Positions 55,016 through 63,932 of a DNA stretch of 64,000 nucleotides are shown one piece after another. Source of the DNA: Rhodothermales bacterium (lineage in GTDB: Bacteria > Bacteroidota > Rhodothermia > Rhodothermales > VXPQ01); the NCBI GenBank assembly GCA_965223485.1, contig OZ244993.1, positions 1,207,400-1,271,399 on the forward strand, written 5' to 3'. The notes beneath the pieces are model-generated. The model saw only the letters and a program-made list of their open reading frames with translations, was not told where the DNA came from and ran no database searches. Position numbers and translations under genes: made by a program. Every line of letters begins with the position of its first letter. Position 1 is the first letter of the stretch.

Positions 55016-57481
55016 TCTTTATTCAGTGCCCAGACGTATCTCAGGCATATGCGTCTGCCCGAAGCCTGGGACATCGTCAAGGGAGAAGACGGCGCCCCGC
55101 CGGTGGTTATCGCCATAACGGATTTGGGCGGAGATTGGCGACACGAGGATCTTCTTGCGAATGTTTGGACCAATGCGAATGAGATTCCAGGCAACGGTAT
55201 AGACGACGATAACAACGGTTTCATTGACGATGTGCACGGGGTGAATCTACTCAATAGAGATGACGCCGACAACGATCCGTATACTCCGGGGGGCATCCCG
55301 CATGGCACACACGTCGCGGGCGCAGCCAGTGCCGTGACCGACAATAGCGCCGGTGTTGCCGGAGCGGCGTGGAATGCCCAGCTCATGCATATTAGTGGCC
55401 TCTACGCAGGCATCCTGTATGCCGCCGCCAACGGCGCCGACATCATAAATGCAAGTTGGGGTACGATAGGGTTCATCGGGGGGGGTAGAACTGAAGCGCA
55501 AGTCCTGGACCTCGCAACGGAGATGGGCGCCCTTGTGGTAACGTCAGCAGGCAATGACGGCAGGAATATCGATGACTTCGCATACTATCCTTCCGGTCAT
55601 CCTCGCGTTCTTACTGTCGGCGCCACGGCTAAAGATTCACGCATAAAGGCGGGATTTTCGAATTACGGCAAGGGAGTCGATGTCTTTGCCCCTGGCGTAG
55701 ACATCATTACTACAGTACCGGACGGCGAATACACGCTTTCCGTAGACGGCACGTCATACGCATCTCCTCTGGTAAGTGGTGTGGCCGCATTGGTGAAGAC
55801 CCGATATCCGGACATTTCGCCGGATGCATTGCGGGAGCAAATTCGTCTTTCGAGCGAGAATATGGATGCGGAGAATCCGGGGTATGCAGGACTGCTGGGA
55901 CGCGGGTATGTCAATGCCGAGGCGGCCCTGCAAACGCCTGTGCTTCCAGCCATTCGTGTTAAGCGGTCGTCATGGACCGATGCCGCCGGCGACCGCCAGA
56001 TTGCTTCAGGAGAGGAGGTAACGATCACGGCTACGGTAGTCAATTACCTGGCCGACGCCCGGCAGCTGAGCGTAGGTCTGACGGCGGCCGAATCGTACCC
56101 GTATATAGATATAACAACGGCCGAGCAAACGGTAGGCCGCCTGGCCCGTGGCGATTCCACCGAGGTTACGTTTCGGTTCACGGTAGCCCCCGATGCGCCC
56201 GTAAATCGCAGGGTGCGATTCTATACCCGTATTCGGGACGGAGCATTCGTAGACGAGCCCGACCAATTCGCTTTTGGCATAAACAGGAGGCTCGATATCG
56301 TGCACGAGGCGCTCAGCGCACTATATGTCTCCACCGGCGGCGACAACTGGACAAACAATTCCGGCTGGGACATCACCAGGGTGCCTGCGCCGAGCGAATT
56401 GTACAACTGGTTTGGGATATCCGTGGCACAGGGCTGGGTAACTTTTCTCCGATTGGACAACAACAACCTTTCCGGTACGCTACCGACCGAACTGGGCAAT
56501 CTCGCGCAGTTGCAAGAGCTGGATCTGTGGCGCAATACCCTGACGGGGTCGATCCCGACCGAGCTGGGCAACCTCTCGCAATTGCAACGGCTGAATCTGT
56601 ACGACAATTCACTTTCCGGGGCGATTCCCGGCGAATTGGGCAATCTCTCGAAATTGCAACAGCTGGATCTGACGGGTAATTCGCTTACCGGGGCGATCCC
56701 CGGCGAATTCGGCAATCTCTCCGAACTGCAAGAGCTGAATCTGTCGCGCAACGCCTTGACGGGCAGGCTGCCGAGGAGTTTTATGCAGTTGGCGAATCTG
56801 CAGCAACTGTCTTTTGGCGGCCAGGACCTCTGCGCGCCAGCGGATGATGCGTTCCAGGCATGGCTCGGCAGCATCCTGATAACAAGTGGTCCTACCTGTA
56901 GTGGAATCCATTTTGCAGACAACGTGCCCGACCAATCTTTTGCGCACGCGCAGCCCATTGCCCCACTCGTCTTGCCCGAAGCTATTGGGGGCGCATCGCC
57001 GATTGACTATACGTTGACGCCCGCACTGCCGGAAGCATTGGCCTTTGACAAAGCGATGCGCACTATCAGCGGGACGCCGACGGTAGTCACGCCGGCCACA
57101 CCCTATACGTACAAGGCCACCGATGCGGACGGATCCACTGACAGCCTGACCTTTAGCATCGAGGTGATTTTTCCGGTCAGTGCTGAGGATGAATCGTTGC
57201 CGCAAGCGTTAGTTTTGCACGGCAACTATCCCAATCCCTTCCGGCATTCCACACGTCTGATGATTGATCTTCCGTGGCCCGCCCGTGTGACGGTTGAGGT
57301 GATGGATGTGGTGGGCCGTCGTGTATTTACAGTCCCTTCGGTTGATTTGGCGCCCGGATGGCAACGCGGCATAGACCTGAGTGGAGCTTCGCTGTCCTCG
57401 GGGCTATACCTGTACCGGGTGCATGCGTCATCGCCACAAGGCAGTGCCGTGCACGTGGGGCGCTTCGTGCGTATCCGATAA
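54689..57481 (+). CDS. S8 subtilisin-like serine protease with LRR array, Ig-like domain and T9SS C-terminal domain. The signal-peptide exon (54545-54652) is cut off by an in-frame TAG at 54653
   Basis: Triad contexts AITDLGGDW, HGTHVAGAAS and GTSYASPLVSGVAAL. Plant-type LRRs L.G.IP.ELGNLS.LQ.L.L. T9SS tail LHGNYPNPFRHSTRLMIDLP..SGLYLYRVHA. Confidence 0.8.
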   Translation: MQFEPGIVIGEGVAKAGLQAFDRMASAFGVHTIERVFPFLDHVQPTPETARNLAALRRTYYVRYSADDDPGDVAKALMDVPGVTYAETHAVPVLASRLMGSDVIVEPDDSLFSAQTYLRHMRLPEAWDIVKGEDGAPPVVIAITDLGGDWRHEDLLANVWTNANEIPGNGIDDDNNGFIDDVHGVNLLNRDDADNDPYTPGGIPHGTHVAGAASAVTDNSAGVAGAAWNAQLMHISGLYAGILYAAANGADIINASWGTIGFIGGGRTEAQVLDLATEMGALVVTSAGNDGRNIDDFAYYPSGHPRVLTVGATAKDSRIKAGFSNYGKGVDVFAPGVDIITTVPDGEYTLSVDGTSYASPLVSGVAALVKTRYPDISPDALREQIRLSSENMDAENPGYAGLLGRGYVNAEAALQTPVLPAIRVKRSSWTDAAGDRQIASGEEVTITATVVNYLADARQLSVGLTAAESYPYIDITTAEQTVGRLARGDSTEVTFRFTVAPDAPVNRRVRFYTRIRDGAFVDEPDQFAFGINRRLDIVHEALSALYVSTGGDNWTNNSGWDITRVPAPSELYNWFGISVAQGWVTFLRLDNNNLSGTLPTELGNLAQLQELDLWRNTLTGSIPTELGNLSQLQRLNLYDNSLSGAIPGELGNLSKLQQLDLTGNSLTGAIPGEFGNLSELQELNLSRNALTGRLPRSFMQLANLQQLSFGGQDLCAPADDAFQAWLGSILITSGPTCSGIHFADNVPDQSFAHAQPIAPLVLPEAIGGASPIDYTLTPALPEALAFDKAMRTISGTPTVVTPATPYTYKATDADGSTDSLTFSIEVIFPVSAEDESLPQALVLHGNYPNPFRHSTRLMIDLPWPARVTVEVMDVVGRRVFTVPSVDLAPGWQRGIDLSGASLSSGLYLYRVHASSPQGSAVHVGRFVRIR

Positions 57482-57511
57482 AGATCCGTATCGGGGCTAT
57501 GCGGATATAGA

Positions 57512-57582
57512 TACGCGGCCAAACTGCGGGGCCGGATCACCGGGCATATTGAGGTGGAATAGGATTCCTCGTCCGGTGCGTT
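57512..57582 (+). repeat. third copy of the ~71-nt permease 3'-end/terminus segment
   Basis: TACGCGGCCAARCT.C.GGGCCGGATCACCGGGCATATTGAGGTG..TAGG....GTCCGG.GCGTT also occurs at 51937-52007 and 54411-54481. Confidence 0.8.
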
Positions 57583-57726
57583 GAGCGGTTCCGCGAGGTC
57601 TGTTGGCTGTATGTGCCGTTTTCTGCGTCGCCTGTCCGGAAATCCGTTCCCCAAAAATGATATTTTAGAACTCCCTACATTCCTGACAAGAGATACCCCT
57701 TTTTCGGGACCTGCCCGCATAATGAC

Positions 57727-59196
57727 ATGAATCGCCTCTTTTTGCGCCTCGGTGTTTTCGCTTTCCTTGCCGTCTTCGCCTCGGCATGTTCGGTGGATAC
57801 CGGTCCGGACGCTTCCGCCCCTAACATCCTGTTTCTCTTCGCCGACGATCTGCAGGCCGACGCCATCGGTGCGTACGGCAATGGATATATCCGTACTCCG
57901 AACCTGGATCGCCTCGTCGAGGATGGGTACTCGTTCCGGCGAGCCTACAACATGGGCGCCCACCACGGGGCCGTCTGCGCCCCCAGCCGGGCGATGCTGA
58001 TGAGCGGGCGCAGCCTGTTCCGCGTCTACGACAATCTGGATTCCGTGCGCACGTTCCCGGAAATCCTCCGGGAAGCGGACTACCGGACATTCGGCACGGG
58101 TAAATGGCACCAGAGCCGCTCGTCGTTCGCACGCAGTTTCGGGGAGGGCAACGCCGTGTTTTTTGGGGGCATGGCCGATCATTTCAACGTACCGCTGGAG
58201 CATCTGCAGGCCGACGGCAGCTTCACGGAGCCTGTCATGCAGAGCTTTTCCACCACGCGGTTTGCCGATGCGGCCGTGGATTTTCTGAAGGACTACGGCG
58301 CATCGGATCGGGATACCCCCTTCCTGGCCTATGTGTCCTTCACCGTACCCCACGATCCCCGGACGCCGCCTGCCAGCCATGCGGCGGACTATGCCGGAAC
58401 GGGCATGCCCCTGCCTCCCAATTACCTGCCGGCCCATCCGTTTCATATCGGGCGCATGGCTATCCGGGATGAGGTGCTTGCGGGATGGCCCCGGCGCCCG
58501 GAAGTGATACGCGACCAGCTGGCCGAGTACTACGGGCTCATTACGCACATGGACGAGGAAATCGGCCGGATCCTGAGCGAACTGCATGAGCAGGGCCTTA
58601 CCGAAAACACCGTGATCGTGTTTGCATCCGATCACGGCCTTGCGGTGGGACGGCACGGTCTGCTCGGAAAACAGAACCTGTACGAGCACAGCGCAAAGAC
58701 GCCGCTTGTCGTGCATGGTCCCGGTATTCCGCAGGGAGAAACCCACGCCCTCGTGTATTTGCACGATTTGTTCGCCACCGTGCTGGGCATGGCCGGCGTC
58801 GAGGCGCCCGCCGGTGTGGATGCACAGGATTTGTCTGTCTTATGGAAGGGAGAGCGTGCGTCTCTACGGGAGCATCTTTTTCTGGCCTATGAGGATCTCC
58901 ACCGGGCCATTGTGGGCGACCAATGGAAGTTGATCCGTTATCCCAAAATCCATCATACGCAGCTTTTCGACCTGCATGCGGACCCGTACGAACTGCGCAA
59001 TCTTGCGGACGATCCGGCGTACGGCGAGGAGCAGGCGCGCCTGATGGCGCTTCTCGAATCTGCGCAACAGGAGGCCGGCGACCCGCACCCCCTGACCGCC
59101 GAAACCCGCATGCCAATGGAGTTCGATTATTCGGACATCGTTCGCACCCCGGACCGGCACCAGCCCGAGGAAGTGGTGCAGAAATATTTCCGATGA
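57727..59196 (+). CDS. sulfatase, lipoprotein
   Basis: AVFASACS lipobox, NILFLFADDLQADAIGAYGN and VCAPSRAMLMSGRS. Confidence 0.85.
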   Translation: MNRLFLRLGVFAFLAVFASACSVDTGPDASAPNILFLFADDLQADAIGAYGNGYIRTPNLDRLVEDGYSFRRAYNMGAHHGAVCAPSRAMLMSGRSLFRVYDNLDSVRTFPEILREADYRTFGTGKWHQSRSSFARSFGEGNAVFFGGMADHFNVPLEHLQADGSFTEPVMQSFSTTRFADAAVDFLKDYGASDRDTPFLAYVSFTVPHDPRTPPASHAADYAGTGMPLPPNYLPAHPFHIGRMAIRDEVLAGWPRRPEVIRDQLAEYYGLITHMDEEIGRILSELHEQGLTENTVIVFASDHGLAVGRHGLLGKQNLYEHSAKTPLVVHGPGIPQGETHALVYLHDLFATVLGMAGVEAPAGVDAQDLSVLWKGERASLREHLFLAYEDLHRAIVGDQWKLIRYPKIHHTQLFDLHADPYELRNLADDPAYGEEQARLMALLESAQQEAGDPHPLTAETRMPMEFDYSDIVRTPDRHQPEEVVQKYFR

Positions 59197-59236
59197 GAAT
59201 GAGCGAGCAGGGCAGGCGCTATAATCATTTGACATC

Positions 59237-59482
59237 ATGATTTCTTCCCGTATTACACTACGCAATGTCGATCCGGAACTCTCGCGACGGCTTCGTGCGA
59301 TCAGCGCAGCCCGTGGCGAGAGTTTGAACGGCACCGTATTGCGCCTGCTGCGGCGCGCAACGGGGTTGAATATGCGTCGCGAACGCCTGGAACGGTACGC
59401 CACATGGACCGCCGAAGATGTCGAGGAGTTCACCGAGGCGCTGCGTGCGCAGCGCAAGGTTGACGAGCGGTACTGGAAATGA
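59237..59482 (+). CDS. ribbon-helix-helix antitoxin (VapB/FitA-like)
   Basis: 81 aa starting ITLRNVDPELSRRLRAISAARGESLNGTVLRLLRRA. Its stop overlaps the ATG of the PIN-like stub (ATGA). Confidence 0.65.
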   Translation: MISSRITLRNVDPELSRRLRAISAARGESLNGTVLRLLRRATGLNMRRERLERYATWTAEDVEEFTEALRAQRKVDERYWK

Positions 59483-59619
59483 TGTCGGTTGATCTGCTTG
59501 TGCTCGACACCAGCGCCTATTCCCATTTCGCAGATCGCACATCCTTCGCCCCATGCACCGCCATGCCGGCCGGTTTACCGTTTTCCTCGCGCACACGCTT
59601 CTCGCCACCCTGTGCGTGA
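59479..59619 (+). pseudogene. truncated PIN-domain toxin (vapC) stub
   Basis: 46 codons. The first ~17 aa (MMSVDLLVLDTSAYSHF) resemble a PIN N-terminus with the first acidic residue; the rest is unrelated and overlaps the beta-lactamase start. Confidence 0.35.
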
Positions 59620-60476
59620 CCCTGTCGGGATGTGCCCATCAGGATCAGAACATGCGCCCCTCTTCCGAGGCCCTGAAAACAGAGATTGAATCGTTCGTTT
59701 CCGCCTGGCCGCAGGCGGAGATCGCCGTGGCGCTGATCGATCCGGAAACCGGCACGCACCTTTCAATAAAGGGCGACCGGGTTTTTCATGCCGCAAGCAC
59801 CATGAAGGCGCCGGTGCTGATCGAGGTATACCGGCAGGCCGCGGCGGGGCGGTTTTCGCTCGACGATTCCCTGCTGGTCGAAAACGATTTCACGTCCATC
59901 GTGGATGGTTCGCCGTTCCGCATCGGGGACGACTCCGACGACGCGCTCTACGAACACACCGGGCATTCGCTGCCGATCCGCGACCTCGCCGAGCGTATGA
60001 TCACGATGTCCTCGAATCTTGCCACGAACCTGATCATTGAACTGGTGAAGGCCGATTCGGTGCAGCGCACCATGGAGGGCATGGGGGCGCGGACGATGCG
60101 CGTGCTGCGCGGGGTGGAGGACATCAAGGCGTTCGAACGGGGGCTGAATAATACGGCCACCGCCTCGGACCTCGCCGCACTGCTCGACGCCATACGCCGC
60201 AACGAGGCGGTTTCACGCCCAGCCAGCGAAGCGATGAGGGATATCCTGTTGGGGCAGGAATTCAATGAGATGATTCCGGCGGGCCTGCCGGGCACGGCGC
60301 AGGTCGCCCACAAGACGGGCTGGATTACGGGCATTACCCATGATGCGGCGATCGTCTACCCGGAGAATGCGCCGCCGTACGTGCTGGTCATTCTGACGGA
60401 AGGATTCGACGACCACGCCACCGCTTCGCAGGCCGGCGCCGGGATTGCCCGGATGGTGCACGATGCGGTGCGGTGA
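59553..60476 (+). CDS. class A beta-lactamase-like serine hydrolase, lipoprotein
   Basis: Lipobox TLSGCA, S-x-x-K (ASTMKAP), SSN loop (SDN position), E-x-x-L-N (ERGLNN) and KTG (HKTGWITG). Confidence 0.8.
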   Translation: MHRHAGRFTVFLAHTLLATLCVTLSGCAHQDQNMRPSSEALKTEIESFVSAWPQAEIAVALIDPETGTHLSIKGDRVFHAASTMKAPVLIEVYRQAAAGRFSLDDSLLVENDFTSIVDGSPFRIGDDSDDALYEHTGHSLPIRDLAERMITMSSNLATNLIIELVKADSVQRTMEGMGARTMRVLRGVEDIKAFERGLNNTATASDLAALLDAIRRNEAVSRPASEAMRDILLGQEFNEMIPAGLPGTAQVAHKTGWITGITHDAAIVYPENAPPYVLVILTEGFDDHATASQAGAGIARMVHDAVR

Positions 60477-60648
60477 GTCGAGAAAATAGAGATATGTCGT
60501 CGGGTTCTGCACAAGTCCTGTCTTGACAGAGCGCATTCCGATGTGCATATTGTTGCTGTTGGCAGCCAGTGGGTTACCCCCCTTGTCCGCAGTCGCTTTC
60601 AGCAGTACGCAACATGGAACGCAAGGTACAGTCGATCCGTTTGCCGGA

Positions 60649-61077
60649 ATGACGGATCGCGTATCGCCGGAGCGCCGAAGCAAAATCATGTCCCGTGTCC
60701 GTACGAAGGATACCGGACCGGAAATGGTTGTCCGAAAACTTTTGCATCGGTTAGGCTATCGCTACCGTTTGCACAGGCGCGACTTGGCTGGATGCCCCGA
60801 TATCGTTTTCTCGAGTCGCCGAAAGGTGATTTTTGTTCACGGCTGTTTCTGGCATGTTCACCATTGCCGTTACGGGAGGGCTCCCCGATCCCGTCAGGAA
60901 TACTGGCTTCCCAAACTTCGGCGCAACAAAGAGCGAGATGCCGAGAACATCGCCCGGCTGCGATCTCTCGGATGGGATGTGCTGACCGTGTGGCAGTGTC
61001 AAACCGGCGACAAAGAGGCGTTGGGGGCTATGCTGGTCGCCTTTCTCGATGGCGGGGTTATGCGGAGAGCCCGTTGA
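60649..61077 (+). CDS. vsr: very short patch repair endonuclease
   Basis: RSKIMSRVRTKDTGPEMVVRKLLHRLGYRYRLH..PDIVF..KVIFVHGCFWHVHHC..YWLPKLRRNKERD. Confidence 0.9.
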   Translation: MTDRVSPERRSKIMSRVRTKDTGPEMVVRKLLHRLGYRYRLHRRDLAGCPDIVFSSRRKVIFVHGCFWHVHHCRYGRAPRSRQEYWLPKLRRNKERDAENIARLRSLGWDVLTVWQCQTGDKEALGAMLVAFLDGGVMRRAR

Positions 61078-61145
61078 TGTCTACTTGATACGTGGGCTGT
61101 GCATATTCGATGTTCGGTATTTCATTTTAGAGTACAAGAGGCGCC

Positions 61146-62399
61146 ATGCGGCCGATCGGGATAGATCTTTTTGCAGGGGCTGGAGGATTGAGCCTGGGTT
61201 TCGAGCGCGCCGGCTTCGATATAGCGGCCGCTGTCGAAATCGACCCGATTCATTGCGCAACGCACGAATTTAATTTTCCTTATTGCAAAACGATCTGTCG
61301 GGACGTATGCGATATCGCCGGGAGCGATATTCTCCGTCTTGCCGGCATAGACGGATCGGAGGTTGCAGTGGTGTTCGGCGGAGCCCCGTGCCAGGGGTTT
61401 TCCCTGATTGGCAAGCGCGCTCTCGACGATCCGCGCAATGCGCTCGTACATCATTTTGTTCGACTTGTCCTGGAATTGCGGCCGGCTTACTTCGTCTTCG
61501 AGAACGTCAAGGGCTTGACGGTGGGCAGGCAACGTCAGGTTCTGGACGAAATGGTCGATGCGCTCGCAGGCGATTACGACGTACTGCTTCCGTATCGCGT
61601 TCTGAACGCTGCCGATTACGGGGTTCCGCAGAACCGGCATCGCTTGTTTTTGATCGGCGCCAGGAAAGATTATCCGCTACCGAATTATCCACAGCCTCAT
61701 GTGCGACGCGTTACCGTGCGCGAAGCGATCGGGGATTTGCCCGATGCCGACGACGTGTTCGAATTGATCGGTCGCGATTGGGCCGAAGTGCGCTACGGAC
61801 AGCCGTCCGATTACGCTCGCAAAATGCGAGGTCTTGTCGACGACCCGGAGGATTTAGGTTACCGGCGGAGTTTCGATCCCTCCCTCCTCACGTCCAGTTT
61901 GCGAACGGCTCACACCGATAAATCCCGTCGTCGTTTTTCGGAAACGAAGTGGGGGAAAGTCGAGCCGATCAGTCGTTTTCTCAAACTGGATCCCGAAGGG
62001 CAATGCAATACGCTCCGGGCCGGTACGGCCAGTGATCGCGGCGCATTCACTTCCCCTCGTCCCATACACCCCCATGCACATCGTGTTGTCACCAATCGCG
62101 AGGCGGCGCGTTTGCACTCCTACCCCGACTGGTTTCGGTTTCATGTTACCAAGTGGCACGGTTTTCGACAGATCGGGAATTCGGTTCCGCCCCTTCTGGG
62201 TCAAGCGATAGCTGGAAGAATTATACGTGCGCTTGGCGTTTCCCCAACCGTTCCACAGCAAACGCTTACCTTGGGCGATCCGAAACTTCTTGCATTGACA
62301 ATGGCCGAGGCCGCCAAATTTTACGGCGTGCCGCGGGACGTTATTCCGCAGCGCCGTCGCGTTGCCGCCGGGAAGCGTCACGTGTCCGCAATCTTGTAA
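61146..62399 (+). CDS. dcm: DNA (cytosine-5)-methyltransferase
   Basis: IDLFAGAGGLSLGF, GGAPCQGFS, FVFENVKGL, QNRHRLFLIG and GNSVPPLL. Confidence 0.95.
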   Translation: MRPIGIDLFAGAGGLSLGFERAGFDIAAAVEIDPIHCATHEFNFPYCKTICRDVCDIAGSDILRLAGIDGSEVAVVFGGAPCQGFSLIGKRALDDPRNALVHHFVRLVLELRPAYFVFENVKGLTVGRQRQVLDEMVDALAGDYDVLLPYRVLNAADYGVPQNRHRLFLIGARKDYPLPNYPQPHVRRVTVREAIGDLPDADDVFELIGRDWAEVRYGQPSDYARKMRGLVDDPEDLGYRRSFDPSLLTSSLRTAHTDKSRRRFSETKWGKVEPISRFLKLDPEGQCNTLRAGTASDRGAFTSPRPIHPHAHRVVTNREAARLHSYPDWFRFHVTKWHGFRQIGNSVPPLLGQAIAGRIIRALGVSPTVPQQTLTLGDPKLLALTMAEAAKFYGVPRDVIPQRRRVAAGKRHVSAIL

Positions 62400-62448
62400 C
62401 CTAGGAGTTGGATACTGCCCTCCTTTTGCTATTGAATTGTTAAGAAAG

Positions 62449-63246
62449 ATGAAGAAAAAGAGTCGGTACGAAAAAATCATTCTCGATATATTCGAGCAAA
62501 ATTATAACGAACAAGAGGAATTTGAATTCGACAGAGAGGAAATCACCAAATCTGCCAAGAGACTCGGCATTGATCCGCCGAAGAATCTGGGCGACGTGAT
62601 CTATACGTTTCGTTATCGTCGCTCTTTGCCCCAGTCTATTCTGGACACTCAGCCTCCGGGTCGGAACTGGTTGATTTTGGGCGCTGGAGATGCGAACTAT
62701 CGGTTTCGTCTTGGTAGACTCGCGACGATCGTTCCCGCGCAGGGTATGATGGCCCGGAAAATTCCCGACGCTACGCCTGAGATCATTTCAAAATACGCGT
62801 TGGGCGACGAACAGGCGTTGCTTGCCAAGATCCGCTACAATCGCCTGGTGGACGTGTTTCTTGGGATCGCTGCATACTCGTTGCAAAATCATCTACGAAC
62901 AAGAGTGGCTAACTACGGGCAGATCGAAATCGACGAACTATATATCGGTATCGACGGCAGAGGCGCCCAATACGTCGTACCGGTACAGGCAAAGGGAGGA
63001 AATGACCGCTTGGGAGTTATTCAAACCATACAGGACACGATGTTTTGTAAAACGGAAGAACGGTACAGGCACTGCATAGTTCGTCCGGTGTCCGCTCAAT
63101 TTATAGCGGATGATCGTATTGCGATGTTCGAACTTCGTTTCGACGGGAACGATGTGGAGATCGTAAACGAGAGGCATTATTGTCTCGTGGAGGCTGGGGA
63201 AATTACTGGAGAAGATCTGGATGCATATCGAATTCCCGGAACTTGA
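62449..63246 (+). CDS. putative type II restriction endonuclease, partner of the m5C methyltransferase
   Basis: 265-aa ORF in markedly AT-richer DNA. Possible PD-(D/E)xK core IEIDELY..VVPVQAKGG. The call rests mainly on its position after vsr-dcm. Confidence 0.5.
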   Translation: MKKKSRYEKIILDIFEQNYNEQEEFEFDREEITKSAKRLGIDPPKNLGDVIYTFRYRRSLPQSILDTQPPGRNWLILGAGDANYRFRLGRLATIVPAQGMMARKIPDATPEIISKYALGDEQALLAKIRYNRLVDVFLGIAAYSLQNHLRTRVANYGQIEIDELYIGIDGRGAQYVVPVQAKGGNDRLGVIQTIQDTMFCKTEERYRHCIVRPVSAQFIADDRIAMFELRFDGNDVEIVNERHYCLVEAGEITGEDLDAYRIPGT

Positions 63247-63335
63247 CAGGTTCTTTGGACAATCCTGATCGGCAACCCCGTTGCAAAAGGCTCGTAGGAT
63301 GGTTCGAAAAGCGCCTGCGCAAGGGATGCGGCGTA

Positions 63336-63932
63336 CTACCGGTTTCGACCCGTTTCCATCCCCTTCGCGATATACTTTCCGATCAGATCGAATTCCAGAT
63401 TGACTCGACCCCCCGCTTCCCAGGATCCCGCATTGGTCAGCGCACACGTATGCGGGATGACCGATACCGTAAAGGTCTTTTCGTCAAGCCGCGCCACGGT
63501 GAACGAAATGCCGTCCACGGCGACGGATCCGGCGGGAATAAGCAGGTGCGCACAGGCCGGATCGAATGCGATACGACACAAAAAACTGTCGGACAGGCGT
63601 TCGATGGATACGATCGTCCCGATCCCGTCCGCATGCCCCTGCACGATATGTCCGTCGAGACGATGGTTCGGCTGCAGGGCGCGTTCGAGGTTGACGCTGC
63701 TGCCGGGAACCAGTGCGCCGAGGGTGGTTTTGGCAAGGGTTTCCTCGACCGCGGTGGCCTCGAACGTTCCATCCCCGACCCGGGTTACGGTCAAGCAAAC
63801 CCCGTTAATCGACACGCTCCGATCGACCCGGAGTTCGCCGGTGAACGAACAGGCGATGGTAAGCCGGCGCCCCCCCTCAAGAGGCTCGGCGGCCTGAAGG
63901 CGACCCTGTTCCTCGATGATCCCCGTGAACAT
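63336..63932 (-). CDS. ribE: riboflavin synthase alpha chain
   Basis: 198 aa with MFTGIIEEQGRL..SVSINGVCLTVT and the second lumazine-binding repeat SVAVDGISFTVA. Confidence 0.9.
   Translation of the reverse strand: MFTGIIEEQGRLQAAEPLEGGRRLTIACSFTGELRVDRSVSINGVCLTVTRVGDGTFEATAVEETLAKTTLGALVPGSSVNLERALQPNHRLDGHIVQGHADGIGTIVSIERLSDSFLCRIAFDPACAHLLIPAGSVAVDGISFTVARLDEKTFTVSVIPHTCALTNAGSWEAGGRVNLEFDLIGKYIAKGMETGRNR

Noticed and set aside
57226-58764. 512-aa minus-strand ORF opposite the sulfatase and protease 3' end
   Set aside because: It is a mirror ORF overlapping two supported plus-strand genes.
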